Of a stretch of 64,000 nt of DNA, positions 55,446 to 64,000 are shown in pieces. The position numbers and the translations under genes were made by a program. The stretch spans positions 128,001-192,000 of IMG/VR virus record IMGVR_UViG_3300023174_003901; one strand, given 5' to 3'. A model generated the notes under the pieces. The model saw nothing but the letters and a program-made list of their open reading frames with translations. It was not told the origin of the DNA and ran no database searches. The stretch comes from a virus (lineage: Duplodnaviria; Caudoviricetes). Numbering within the stretch: the stretch's first letter is position 1; every line of letters starts with the position of its first letter.

Positions 55446-57664
55446 TACATTCTTCCTACAACTATTTCAATTATTCCTGAATCACCATTAAAGTTTACAA
55501 GTGCTTTACCAATCACGGTTCCCATTGCTGGTGTTGTACAGGCTTGTGCCCATCCATTGCCAGCAGATACCATCATGTCGCCTTTGCGCACCGGACCAAT
55601 AACCAGGGTTGGCACACGCCCGGTTAGAGCCACTGCGGCACGGTGCTCAGCATCAAGTCCTGAGTTCATCAAGTAACTGGGCTTCTCTGATATTACACCA
55701 GCCACTCTTGGGTCGCTGGGTGTGATAGATTTTGTAACTTCTTGATCGCCGCCAAAACTCACCACAGTACCAGGAGCGTACTCAGCATCTGCTGAGTATA
55801 CCTCAGCCAAGTCAGCATACAATGCTGTGGTTGCTTGAGCAAACACCTGATTGAAATACTTGCTGGATGATCCGATATTGCCCACTGCATTGCCGGCACC
55901 ATTTATAATGGCAGTGGCAGCATTACCACTATTGATTGTGATAGCACCAGTGGCGCTGATCAGTCCACCTGTTAAGAAATTACCGGCTGTGATATTACCC
56001 GAGCCTGAAATTGCTCCGCCGGCACCGGACGTAACAATATTACCGCCTGTGATGTTACCCGATGCACTTACTATACCAGTTACGTATGCACCTGAAGTAG
56101 CAAACACAGTTACGTTCGATGTTCCGCCAACTCCAACTGCAACGTTGCCGCCAGAACTGACCACAGTAACATTACTATTACCCAAATTGATATTAGCAAC
56201 TGAAGTGATAACTCCGCTTAACAAAGCACCATTACCCAGGATGTAACTACCAGATATGTTGCCAGTGGCACTTACGACTCCACCAAAAGATGCATCGTGT
56301 GCATATAAATTGCCTGTGCCTGTATCTAGAGTGACGTTTCCACCGGTAATGTTGCCAGTTGTAGATACTACTGCACCCAAGAAACTTGTGCCGGTTATGG
56401 TACTGGTTGAACTTATTAGCCCACCGGTCAAGATGTTGCCACCAGTTACGTTACCACTTACTGATACTACGGCACCAGTGAAACTGGCCACGTTCACAAT
56501 GTTAGTGAATATGCCGTTGTTGGCTGTGACGTTACCTGTAACAGAAACAAGACCACCAGTGAAACTGGCCACGTTCACAACGTTGGTAAACATGCCATTG
56601 TTGGCTGTGACGTTGCCTGTGACACTCACCACGGCACCTGTATGACTGGCCACGTTCACAACGTTGGTAAACATGCCATTGTTGGCCAAGACATTGCCGG
56701 TGACACTCAATAAATTAGTATCTGACGCAAAAGTCAATCCGGAGGCGGCACCTGCATTACCATTAGAGTTAAAGAGTACCTGTGTGTTTGACCCAGGAAC
56801 TGTTAGGTTACCAGAAATATTGCCGGCAAAGTTACCCACAAAATATCCAGATGTGTTTATGTTACCGCTGGCACTTATTTGGCCACCTGTTGACAAGTTA
56901 CCACCTGACACGTTGCCTGATGATATGATGTTGCCACTGGCACTGACTATACCTGTTACATACTCGCCTGTGGTGGCAAATACTGCTACATTCGATGTTC
57001 CGCCTACACCAACACTGATGTTGCCGCCTGAACTTACCACTGTGACGTTTGATGTGCCTGAATTGATATTAGCGACCGAAGTGATAACGCCTGTTAAGCA
57101 AGCGCCATTACCAAAAATATAGTTACCAGTCACATTGCCCGAGGCTGATACTAAGCCTCCAGTCAGTAAATTACCTGACTGTGTGTTGCCACTAACTGTG
57201 AGTGAAGTTAAAGAACCAACACTAGTAATGTTTGGTTGTGCGTTGGTATACACTGTGCCAGCAGCCAATGCATTGGCAACTTGTCCAGTGATATTACCTG
57301 CTGGAATTGAAGTCAATAATGACCCATTGCCCACAATGTAAGCACCTGTAATATTGCCTGTAGCACTAATCAATCCACCTGTGAGCAAATTACCGCCGGT
57401 GATGTTGGCAGTAGCACTAATCAATCCGCCAGTTCTTATATTACCACCAGTCACGTTGGCAGTGGCACTGATCAGTCCACCTGTGAGCAAATTACCACCG
57501 GTGATATTGCCAGTAGCAGTCACAGTCACCGCATTGGTTGTTATAAAACTTCCTAGAGTGTTTGCTGTTACCTTGTAAGTTGCGCCGCTGTAGTCAGCAG
57601 GGACTACTGTAGCACCATCGATGGTGTTGGTATTGGTTAATCCCGATATGGTTGTATCTGCCAT
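55445..57664 (-). CDS. tail fibre-like protein with GNITGGN repeats and C-terminal autoproteolytic chaperone (Peptidase G2-like) domain
   Basis: Repeats; ADLAEVY...PSYLMNS...VALTGRVP...IGKAL. Confidence 0.75.
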   Translation of the reverse strand: MADTTISGLTNTNTIDGATVVPADYSGATYKVTANTLGSFITTNAVTVTATGNITGGNLLTGGLISATANVTGGNIRTGGLISATANITGGNLLTGGLISATGNITGAYIVGNGSLLTSIPAGNITGQVANALAAGTVYTNAQPNITSVGSLTSLTVSGNTQSGNLLTGGLVSASGNVTGNYIFGNGACLTGVITSVANINSGTSNVTVVSSGGNISVGVGGTSNVAVFATTGEYVTGIVSASGNIISSGNVSGGNLSTGGQISASGNINTSGYFVGNFAGNISGNLTVPGSNTQVLFNSNGNAGAASGLTFASDTNLLSVTGNVLANNGMFTNVVNVASHTGAVVSVTGNVTANNGMFTNVVNVASFTGGLVSVTGNVTANNGIFTNIVNVASFTGAVVSVSGNVTGGNILTGGLISSTSTITGTSFLGAVVSTTGNITGGNVTLDTGTGNLYAHDASFGGVVSATGNISGSYILGNGALLSGVITSVANINLGNSNVTVVSSGGNVAVGVGGTSNVTVFATSGAYVTGIVSASGNITGGNIVTSGAGGAISGSGNITAGNFLTGGLISATGAITINSGNAATAIINGAGNAVGNIGSSSKYFNQVFAQATTALYADLAEVYSADAEYAPGTVVSFGGDQEVTKSITPSDPRVAGVISEKPSYLMNSGLDAEHRAAVALTGRVPTLVIGPVRKGDMMVSAGNGWAQACTTPAMGTVIGKALVNFNGDSGIIEIVVGRM
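56452..56708. repeat. about 3 x 81-bp imperfect tandem repeat in the fibre gene
   Basis: Encodes NV(T/L)ANNG(M/I)FTN(V/I)VNVAS(H/F)TG..VSV(T/S)G three times. Confidence 0.8.
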
Positions 57665-57675
57665 TTTCTATTTCC

Positions 57676-57816
57676 TTAAATTGTAATAAATTTGTCGCCC
57701 GCGAGCGTGGTAATATAAAGTCCACTTATAGTGGTAATATAACTACCGCTGGGTGTGCCTCCTTGAAGTACCCACCCAGATCCTATTTGCCATCCTGATC
57801 CAATTGATAAACTCAT
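57676..57816 (-). CDS. 46-aa protein between the two fibre genes (missing from the ORF track)
   Basis: MSLSIGSGWQIGSGWVLQGGTPSGSYITTISGLYITTLAGDKFITI*; AAGGA RBS; fills the gap. Confidence 0.7.
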   Translation of the reverse strand: MSLSIGSGWQIGSGWVLQGGTPSGSYITTISGLYITTLAGDKFITI

Positions 57817-57826
57817 AATATTTTCC

Positions 57827-59788
57827 TTACAGTCTTCCTACCACAATTTCAATTGTGCCTTCTACGCCGTCAAAATCTTCCAAGGCCTTGCCAATAACAG
57901 CGCCCGACATTGGTTCGGCTTCTGCACGGGCCCGACCACTACTGGTTGAAACCATCATGTCGCCTTTGACCACTGGACCAATTACCTGAGTGGGCACTCG
58001 ACCAGTCAGTGCTACCACAGCACAATGTTCTGCTTCAAGTCCGGAGTTCATTAGGTAACTGGGTTTCTCGGATATTATCCCAGCCACTCTGCGACTGGAA
58101 TCTACGGTACTTACGGTCACTTCTTGGGTGCCACCAAATACAACCACAGTACCTGCAGAATATTTAGCATCTGCTGAATATACCTCGGCCAAGTCAGCAT
58201 ACAATGCTGTGGTTGCTTGAGCAAACACCTGATTGAAATAATTACTGGATGATCCAATGTTGCCCACAGCATTGCCATTGGCGTTTACAATGTTGCCTGC
58301 AGTTACATTGCCAGTGCCCACAGTCAAGTTGCCGCCAGTGATGTTACCGGTGGCTGTGATCAATCCGCTGGTTAAGAAATTACCAGCAGTGATATTGCCT
58401 GTGCCTGAAATTGCTCCACCAGCACCGATTGTGGTAAGTCCAATTGATGTAATGTTACCAGCAGAACTAATCAAGCCACCTGTTAAAATATTACCACCAG
58501 TGATGTTGGCAGCGGCTGATACTTGGCCACCTGTGATCAAGTTACCACCCGTGATGTTGCCTGACGCACTTACTACGCCTGTTACATATTCTCCTGATGT
58601 AGCAAACACAGCCACATTTGATGTCCCGCCAACTCCAACTGCAACGTTGCCACCTGAACTCACAATAACAACATTACTTGTGCCTGAATTGATATTAGCA
58701 ACTGAAGTGATCACACCAGTTAGTAAAGCGCCATTGCCCAAGAAATATGTGGCTGCGACGTTACCAGACGCAGATACCAGCCCACCTGTTGTGATGTTAC
58801 CACCAGTTACGTTGGCAGTTACAGATACAACTGAACCCAATAAACTTGAACCAGTAACAGTACCTGTAGAACTTATCAAACCCGCAGTTAACAAGTTGCC
58901 ACCAGTTACGTTGGCAGTTACAGATACAACTGAACCCAATAAACTTGAACCGGTAACAGTACCTGTAGAACTTATCAAACCCGCAGTTAACAAGTTGCCA
59001 CTGGTTACATTGCCACTTGCACTCACAACACCAGCAATGATCAAACCTGCAGTGGTCAATGTAAAGACGTTGGTCACACCGGCCACGTTACCAACGATGT
59101 TTCCGCCTGAGGCAGGAATATTCATTTCACTGGTGCCATTGAGCAATTTGCTTGCCGCACCCACGTTGCCCGATGCAACAACACCAGTTAAACCTGCACC
59201 GTTACCTGTGAAGAATGCCGCAGTGATATTGCCCACAGCACTGACTTGTCCAGCAGTTATCACGTTACCACCTGTGATATTGCCAGTTGCCGTCACCAGC
59301 CCACTGGTTGCAATATTACTGCCCACAATGTTACCTGTCACTGTGGCTGACACAATATTACCGGTCAAACTCAGTTGACCCGCAGTCAACAAGTTGCTGA
59401 CTATTGCGTTGTTGGCTGAACTATTGCCCGATGCTGTCACCGTGACCGCAGTCACAGCGCCAAGACCTTGAATTGTTCCGGTACTGATCACAGTACCAGT
59501 CACGCTGAGATTGCCGAGAGTGGCCAGTCCTGACGAATTTAGGGTTCCTGCTACATTAACGCCGGTACCAGTGACTGTGAGCACATTGGCAGTGCCGGCT
59601 GAGGAAATAACCACATTTCCATTGACTAGAGGAATATTTACATTGCTAGAACCATTGGAAATACCACTTACACCACTGGTGGCAAAAAGTTGACTGAAAT
59701 TGTTATTGGTTTTGGCAAATGCCTCGCGCAGTGGGTCGCCCAAGCCGTCATTTGGCGCAGTCCCTATATCGATTACTTCTTGAGTCAT
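57827..59788 (-). CDS. tail fibre-like protein: T4 gp9/gp10-like N-terminus, GNITGGN repeats, Peptidase G2-like C-terminus
   Basis: IDIGTAPNDGLGDPLREAFAKTNNNFSQL; ADLAEVY...IGKAL. Confidence 0.8.
   Translation of the reverse strand: MTQEVIDIGTAPNDGLGDPLREAFAKTNNNFSQLFATSGVSGISNGSSNVNIPLVNGNVVISSAGTANVLTVTGTGVNVAGTLNSSGLATLGNLSVTGTVISTGTIQGLGAVTAVTVTASGNSSANNAIVSNLLTAGQLSLTGNIVSATVTGNIVGSNIATSGLVTATGNITGGNVITAGQVSAVGNITAAFFTGNGAGLTGVVASGNVGAASKLLNGTSEMNIPASGGNIVGNVAGVTNVFTLTTAGLIIAGVVSASGNVTSGNLLTAGLISSTGTVTGSSLLGSVVSVTANVTGGNLLTAGLISSTGTVTGSSLLGSVVSVTANVTGGNITTGGLVSASGNVAATYFLGNGALLTGVITSVANINSGTSNVVIVSSGGNVAVGVGGTSNVAVFATSGEYVTGVVSASGNITGGNLITGGQVSAAANITGGNILTGGLISSAGNITSIGLTTIGAGGAISGTGNITAGNFLTSGLITATGNITGGNLTVGTGNVTAGNIVNANGNAVGNIGSSSNYFNQVFAQATTALYADLAEVYSADAKYSAGTVVVFGGTQEVTVSTVDSSRRVAGIISEKPSYLMNSGLEAEHCAVVALTGRVPTQVIGPVVKGDMMVSTSSGRARAEAEPMSGAVIGKALEDFDGVEGTIEIVVGRL
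58802..58999. repeat. 2 x 99-bp tandem duplication (1 mismatch)
   Basis: accagttacgttggcag...caagttgcc at 58802-58900 and 58901-58999. Confidence 0.9.
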
Positions 59789-59832
59789 AGATCTGTATCC
59801 TCTGCTGTATTTAGCGGCAGAGAAGGTCTATG
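59786..59832 (-). promoter_or_regulatory. late promoter TAAATA in the loop of an RBS/AUG-sequestering hairpin
   Basis: CAUAGACCU.CUCUGCCG-CUAAAUA-CAGCAGAG.GAUAC.AGAUCUAUG. Confidence 0.65.
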
Positions 59833-59841
59833 TGTTTTGGG

Positions 59842-60162
59842 CTACACGGAAAAACTGCTTCCGCAACCGCAGGTGGTTTGTGCTTGAGGATTGTTGATTA
59901 CAAAACTACTGCCCATGATATCTTCTTTGTAGTCAATGGTAGCACCCTGCAGGTACTGCATGCTCATGGAGTCGACCACTACCTTCACCTCTTCGTAGGC
60001 AAAATCAAAGTCATCTTCGTTTTGCATTTCGTCAAAAGTGAATCCATAACTCATGCCCGAACAGCCGCCACCCTGCACAAACACTCGGAGCATGAGATCA
60101 GGGTTGCCTTCTTCAGCCACAAGTTCACGAAGTTTCTCAACTGCGCCAGATTCTAGTTTCAT
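59842..60162 (-). CDS. erpA: iron-sulfur cluster insertion protein (ErpA/IscA family)
   Basis: [33 protein letters not shown]. Confidence 0.92.
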   Translation of the reverse strand: MKLESGAVEKLRELVAEEGNPDLMLRVFVQGGGCSGMSYGFTFDEMQNEDDFDFAYEEVKVVVDSMSMQYLQGATIDYKEDIMGSSFVINNPQAQTTCGCGSSFSV

Positions 60163-60174
60163 AATGTACCTACT

Positions 60175-60717
60175 TTATAGTCTATCAGAACAAACGTCCC
60201 AATTGATGATACGCCAGATATTGTCCAGGTATTTTTCTTTTTCCCACTGGTAGTCCAAGGCCCAAACATGTTCCCACCAGTCAATAAGTACGCATATATC
60301 TGTACGCACTGCATGATTGCGAATGGTTTTGATTTCACCACCGGTGCTCAAATACACCCACCCAGAACCTTGGATCTTCATTGCGACTTTTTTAACTTCA
60401 TCCTGGAAGTTTTCGTAACTCTTGAACTTGCGTTCAATCAGTTCCAGTACAGCACCACGTGGGCGGTTGTTGCCTTTGGGAGGTTGCAATTGTGGAAAAA
60501 ACTTGTTGTGTAAGAAACTGCCAGCACGATTGAAATCTGAATCACCTTCGCCGGCGTTGTAGCGTTTGGCATAGCCCTTGGCCAAATGCTCATAATGATA
60601 ATTGATACTGTCTCCGCTGAGCACAGGATTTAGGTCGTCTTCACCGTATGGCAAAGGGATTGTTTCCAATTTGGCTGGACGGGTTGTTGCTTCTAATAAA
60701 TCGATGTGTTTGCGCAT
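60175..60717 (-). CDS. sod: Fe/Mn superoxide dismutase with CTS-like N-terminal extension
   Basis: LPY...NYHYEH, LHNKFF, QGSGW, DWWEH (four metal ligands in place); start MRKHIDLLEA 4 nt after TAAATA. Confidence 0.85.
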   Translation of the reverse strand: MRKHIDLLEATTRPAKLETIPLPYGEDDLNPVLSGDSINYHYEHLAKGYAKRYNAGEGDSDFNRAGSFLHNKFFPQLQPPKGNNRPRGAVLELIERKFKSYENFQDEVKKVAMKIQGSGWVYLSTGGEIKTIRNHAVRTDICVLIDWWEHVWALDYQWEKEKYLDNIWRIINWDVCSDRL

Positions 60718-60724
60718 GTTGTAT

Positions 60725-61810
60725 TTATTGCATGATATAACTTGTGTCAATGTAAGTGGTTTTGTAGATATCTGCTTTTCTATACAAAAGAAACTTCCAT
60801 TCCGATTCGATGTAAGCATTGTGTTCCATGTCCATCCATATCAACAACTCACCAAGTTCAATTGGTCTAGGATCAATTACATACAACACATGGTCCACGA
60901 TTTCTTTAGGATTTCGGTATTCCTCGGTTGCAAAGCGTTCCAATCTTCCTGATCTTCCGCCAAAGCCTTGAATTTCATCAATGATGTGTTGGCCAGACTC
61001 AATTTCTACTATGTCCCAAGCGTCGAAGTAATTGTGTATTTGTTCGGGCCAGTTAGTGTATATTTTTATTTTTGGTTTTATTGGGTATTGACTCCGCCAG
61101 GCGGAATAACTATCCCAAATATTATAACTGTTAATATTACTAAAATTATCAAACTTGTCTAATTTGTTTTCGATTGATAGAAAATAAATTTTATTTTTTA
61201 TTAATTCAGTGATTAACATAACTTTTGCTGAATCGTGTGGCGGGTTGTTATCTAATTGTAGAACATTGTGCAACATCTCAGTGGATGTTATTTCTTTGGG
61301 ATCAGATAGCATGGTGCTTGATTGCCCTAATTCAACTAACTCGAAGCCCAACACACTATTCCACGGATCACGTTTATGCATGCCAGTTGCCACAGACCTG
61401 CTACCACCATTTACCCATTTACTATAATTGCACAATGTAGGAAAATTCCATACCGTGTCACTGGCCAGTCTACACATGTACATGATAAATGATGCACTTT
61501 GATATGAACCCCTATTCTCAAAAAAATGATCCGACCATTGACAAGACTTGTATGCTGACAAATCAATGAGTTGTTGTACTAATTGATTTCGTACCTGCAA
61601 AAATCTGTCAATATAAACTTGTTTATGAAAATGTCCATAATACAAAACTGCATATAAATTCAAAAAAGGAACAATGTCATCGGTTGCAGGTATGATTGTT
61701 TCTGCGGAGAACTCTATTTTACCTAATTGGAAATTATAAAAAGATTGCTTGCGTAAATCGGTTGCTGACATAAAATTATTTTCTACAAGTGATACGTCTC
61801 TTGAGATCAC
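60725..61810 (-). CDS. hypothetical protein
   Basis: 361 aa AT-rich ORF; VNGGSRSVA faintly ParB-like. Confidence 0.55.
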   Translation of the reverse strand: MISRDVSLVENNFMSATDLRKQSFYNFQLGKIEFSAETIIPATDDIVPFLNLYAVLYYGHFHKQVYIDRFLQVRNQLVQQLIDLSAYKSCQWSDHFFENRGSYQSASFIMYMCRLASDTVWNFPTLCNYSKWVNGGSRSVATGMHKRDPWNSVLGFELVELGQSSTMLSDPKEITSTEMLHNVLQLDNNPPHDSAKVMLITELIKNKIYFLSIENKLDKFDNFSNINSYNIWDSYSAWRSQYPIKPKIKIYTNWPEQIHNYFDAWDIVEIESGQHIIDEIQGFGGRSGRLERFATEEYRNPKEIVDHVLYVIDPRPIELGELLIWMDMEHNAYIESEWKFLLYRKADIYKTTYIDTSYIMQ

Positions 61811-63372
61811 ATGGTTTCATGATTGAGTTCCAAAATGTAACTTCTTGCGGCCTCTAATTCAGGTATGTAATCTGCTAGTTTTGTGCCGCGAGCACGGTCC
61901 AACTGATCGTTGTATGCAAAAAAATCTTTGAGATCTTTGAGGTCACAAACTGGATTATTGTTGTAATGATTGTAAATGCTGTCTATACCACTTTTGCAAC
62001 TTTTACCATTGGAATGATACACAGATGTCTGCATGCATTTGAGCATGGATTCAACTACTAGATCTTGACGAGGATGATTGAATGCTGACTGCCAAGCCAG
62101 GTAATTGATTTGTAGATAGATAGCAGTAAACGGGAATTCACGATCTAAAAATTCAAACAACAGATGCAAGTTGGTCACATTGTAAATACCCGGCACAGTG
62201 TTAATACTGACAGAATGACCAAGATTCTGTATCATGTGTGCATTTGCTATGACTCGGTCCCATTTGGATCCTGATCTCCAGTAGTCATTGACCTTGGCGT
62301 ACCCATCAATGCTGAAACTAAAATTGGTGTTGGGAAAATGCGAAACTGTTTCTAAAAATTCGTCAGAAAATTTTACTCCGTTGGTACACATGGTGAGATT
62401 GAAATCTGTCTGATTTTTCTTGATGCACTGTTTCATAAAGTCCAGAACTTCTGGCATGATCGTGGGTTCGCCGCCTTGAAAATAAACAGTAGATTTGCTG
62501 TCTAAGTCGTCTATGCTGATTTGATCTAGAGTTGACGTGCTGGGAGTCCACATCATGGTACCGGGTGTGACAATATTGAATTTTTTTAATTCTTTACCAA
62601 TGGGCTCACTGAACGCTGGTTGACAACCTCTACATTTGATGTTGCAATGATTACCTGTGTGAATTTCGTAAAAATAAGGGTGTTGAATTTTCTCCAGATC
62701 TTCAACTGTTTCTAAATCCAATTGCACTGCCCAGTCCATGGTTTCAAATTGCCTGTAACTTTCAATGTCATGATCTTCATACTCATAACACACTTTGCAA
62801 TGTTCTGGCAGTTTGTGACCTTGTAACATTGAATCGCGAATTTGGGTATAATTAGGATCAGACTTCCAGTCTTGAAATTGATCAATTTTGGTCACCGCAG
62901 TGTCAGCACGTGAACATAATCTAAGTTCTTTTCCGTCATTGAAGAAATTAATCCATGGGTATATACAAAAACTTTTGTTTTCTTTGTACACCAAGTCGGA
63001 CCAATATAAGATTTTTTTAATATTTTTATTGTTACGAAATACAGTATCACACCCCATTTGTTCCAGTTTGACCATTAACTTAAATGTGGCCTGCATGCAT
63101 TTCCAATGACTCCATTGAGCCTGCGGCTGATCTAACATGACAATCAAATCAAATTTTGATGCAAATGAAATTAAATCGCCCCAGGGAATGTCTACCACAG
63201 TGGTATGATAAAATCCTGGTTGGTCATGAACAACCTTAGATTCGATTACTAGTCCATGATTGACAATGTCGTGTTCTGTTGCCAGAGTTGACACTTGATG
63301 ATCTGTAGATTCATTGTTGTTGCCAAGGAATAGTACTCGAGCAGTTGAATCATTTAATTTTACATGATACAT
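61807..63372 (-). CDS. radical SAM protein with SPASM/twitch-like N-terminal Cys cluster
   Basis: CNIKCRGC, FQGGEPT, TNG, FSIDG; FCIYPW...LCS...CKVCY. Confidence 0.85.
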   Translation of the reverse strand: MYHVKLNDSTARVLFLGNNNESTDHQVSTLATEHDIVNHGLVIESKVVHDQPGFYHTTVVDIPWGDLISFASKFDLIVMLDQPQAQWSHWKCMQATFKLMVKLEQMGCDTVFRNNKNIKKILYWSDLVYKENKSFCIYPWINFFNDGKELRLCSRADTAVTKIDQFQDWKSDPNYTQIRDSMLQGHKLPEHCKVCYEYEDHDIESYRQFETMDWAVQLDLETVEDLEKIQHPYFYEIHTGNHCNIKCRGCQPAFSEPIGKELKKFNIVTPGTMMWTPSTSTLDQISIDDLDSKSTVYFQGGEPTIMPEVLDFMKQCIKKNQTDFNLTMCTNGVKFSDEFLETVSHFPNTNFSFSIDGYAKVNDYWRSGSKWDRVIANAHMIQNLGHSVSINTVPGIYNVTNLHLLFEFLDREFPFTAIYLQINYLAWQSAFNHPRQDLVVESMLKCMQTSVYHSNGKSCKSGIDSIYNHYNNNPVCDLKDLKDFFAYNDQLDRARGTKLADYIPELEAARSYILELNHETM

Positions 63373-63374
63373 GT

Positions 63375-63593
63375 TTACTTGCGTCGGGTAATACGACCCT
63401 TGGTAAGATCGTAGGGTGAAAATTCCATTTCAACCCGATCTCCTAGCAACACCTTGATGTTGTTTTTGCGCATACGCCCACTCAAGTGTCCTAATACCTG
63501 AGCGTCTATGTTGTCTAACTTGACCCTAAACATGGTAGCCGGTAGTACCTCTTCAACACGGCCTTCCATGTTTATAATATCTTCTTTTGCCAT
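63375..63593 (-). CDS. infA: translation initiation factor IF-1
   Basis: [26 protein letters not shown]...[19 protein letters not shown]...[13 protein letters not shown]. Confidence 0.95.
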   Translation of the reverse strand: MAKEDIINMEGRVEEVLPATMFRVKLDNIDAQVLGHLSGRMRKNNIKVLLGDRVEMEFSPYDLTKGRITRRK

Positions 63594-63603
63594 AAGCAAT
63601 TAC

Positions 63604-63996
63604 TTATTGGAAATCCAGGGTAGCCGTGACCTTTTTGAGTCGTTCAAAACGGAAACTGCGCCACTCCTGCTTTTCCAAATCAAACACACGGATACTGTGC
63701 GGGTCGGGTTCTTTTTTGGGTTTCCGACTCTCACGCACAATGCCATCCACTGGAGCGGTACTTGTGGTTGGTGCTACCGGTCGAACAGGGATTCTACTGT
63801 GATCCAGCGTACACAACATGTCACGGTCGGTACCATCTGCTTTGGTGAATGTCACAGTGGCTTCACTGTTTTGTAATAGGCCTCTAATCCATTCACGTAT
63901 TTGTTCTTTGACCTGATCATCTGCTTCTTGATATTGAGTGCCAGGCTGGCTTCTGAGCAAGCGAACCACTTCATCTTTTTCCCACATACCACCCAT
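63604..63996 (-). CDS. WYL-like / Sm-like SH3 beta-barrel protein
   Basis: ATVTFTKADGTDRDMLCTL...IRVFDLEKQEWRSFR. Confidence 0.7.
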   Translation of the reverse strand: MGGMWEKDEVVRLLRSQPGTQYQEADDQVKEQIREWIRGLLQNSEATVTFTKADGTDRDMLCTLDHSRIPVRPVAPTTSTAPVDGIVRESRKPKKEPDPHSIRVFDLEKQEWRSFRFERLKKVTATLDFQ

Positions 63997-64000
63997 TTCA

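Noticed and set aside
55851-59693. Long plus-strand ORFs (e.g. 58257..59378, 56664..57122)
   Set aside because: Antisense shadows of the repetitive G/N/T-rich fibre genes; no RBS or promoter support.
8665-63599. Longer N-termini given by the ORF track (8979, 11873, 22622, 26555, 31442, 33714, 45121, 60819, 63599)
   Set aside because: They overlap upstream genes or promoters; downstream starts fit the RBS, promoter spacing or domain boundaries better.
1-64000. tRNA, rRNA or CRISPR array
   Set aside because: No cloverleaf/T-loop signature or repeat-spacer periodicity seen; the tandem repeats are in-frame coding repeats.
1-64000. Stop-codon reassignment (seen in some large phages)
   Set aside because: Conserved genes (PolB, ClpA, RFC, PhoH) are full length in the standard code and coding density is high.
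1-64000. Apparent abundance of GATC sites as a methylation signal
   Set aside because: A hand count on a short stretch was only slightly above expectation; it needs a k-mer calculation I cannot run.

Overview
Segment of a large, T4-like (myovirus-type) dsDNA phage genome. It is gene-dense, almost all on the minus strand, and reads cleanly in the standard genetic code. It carries family-B DNA polymerase, a sliding-clamp-like gene, a clamp loader, a GroES-like gene, PhoH, a lysis set (holin-like, GH19 endolysin, two spanins) and baseplate/tail-fibre genes. The spanins imply a Gram-negative host; the Bug/TctC, ErpA and IF-1 genes suggest a proteobacterium (inference). Accessory content: a 7-deazaguanine DNA-modification pair (DpdA/TGT-like, QueD-like), a sulfation/glycan-tailoring island, a stand-alone DnaE fragment, and stress genes (Dps, SOD, ClpA, DnaJ). 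The most striking system is about 12 late genes (mainly 9-22.6 kb and 41.9-44 kb, plus the SOD) that share an N-terminal signature resembling the T4 capsid-targeting sequence. Their products are built of unrelated modules separated by recurring xxE|G/F linkers, and look like a prohead-protease-processed, virion-packaged polyprotein arsenal (nucleotidyltransferase, HExxH peptidase, amidoligase, ParB-like, SOD). Two promoter classes are visible: sigma70-type and T4-late-like TAAATA/TAAGTA. Many late genes appear to be leaderless. No tRNA, rRNA or CRISPR array was recognised. All family assignments come from motif recognition by eye; no database search was run.
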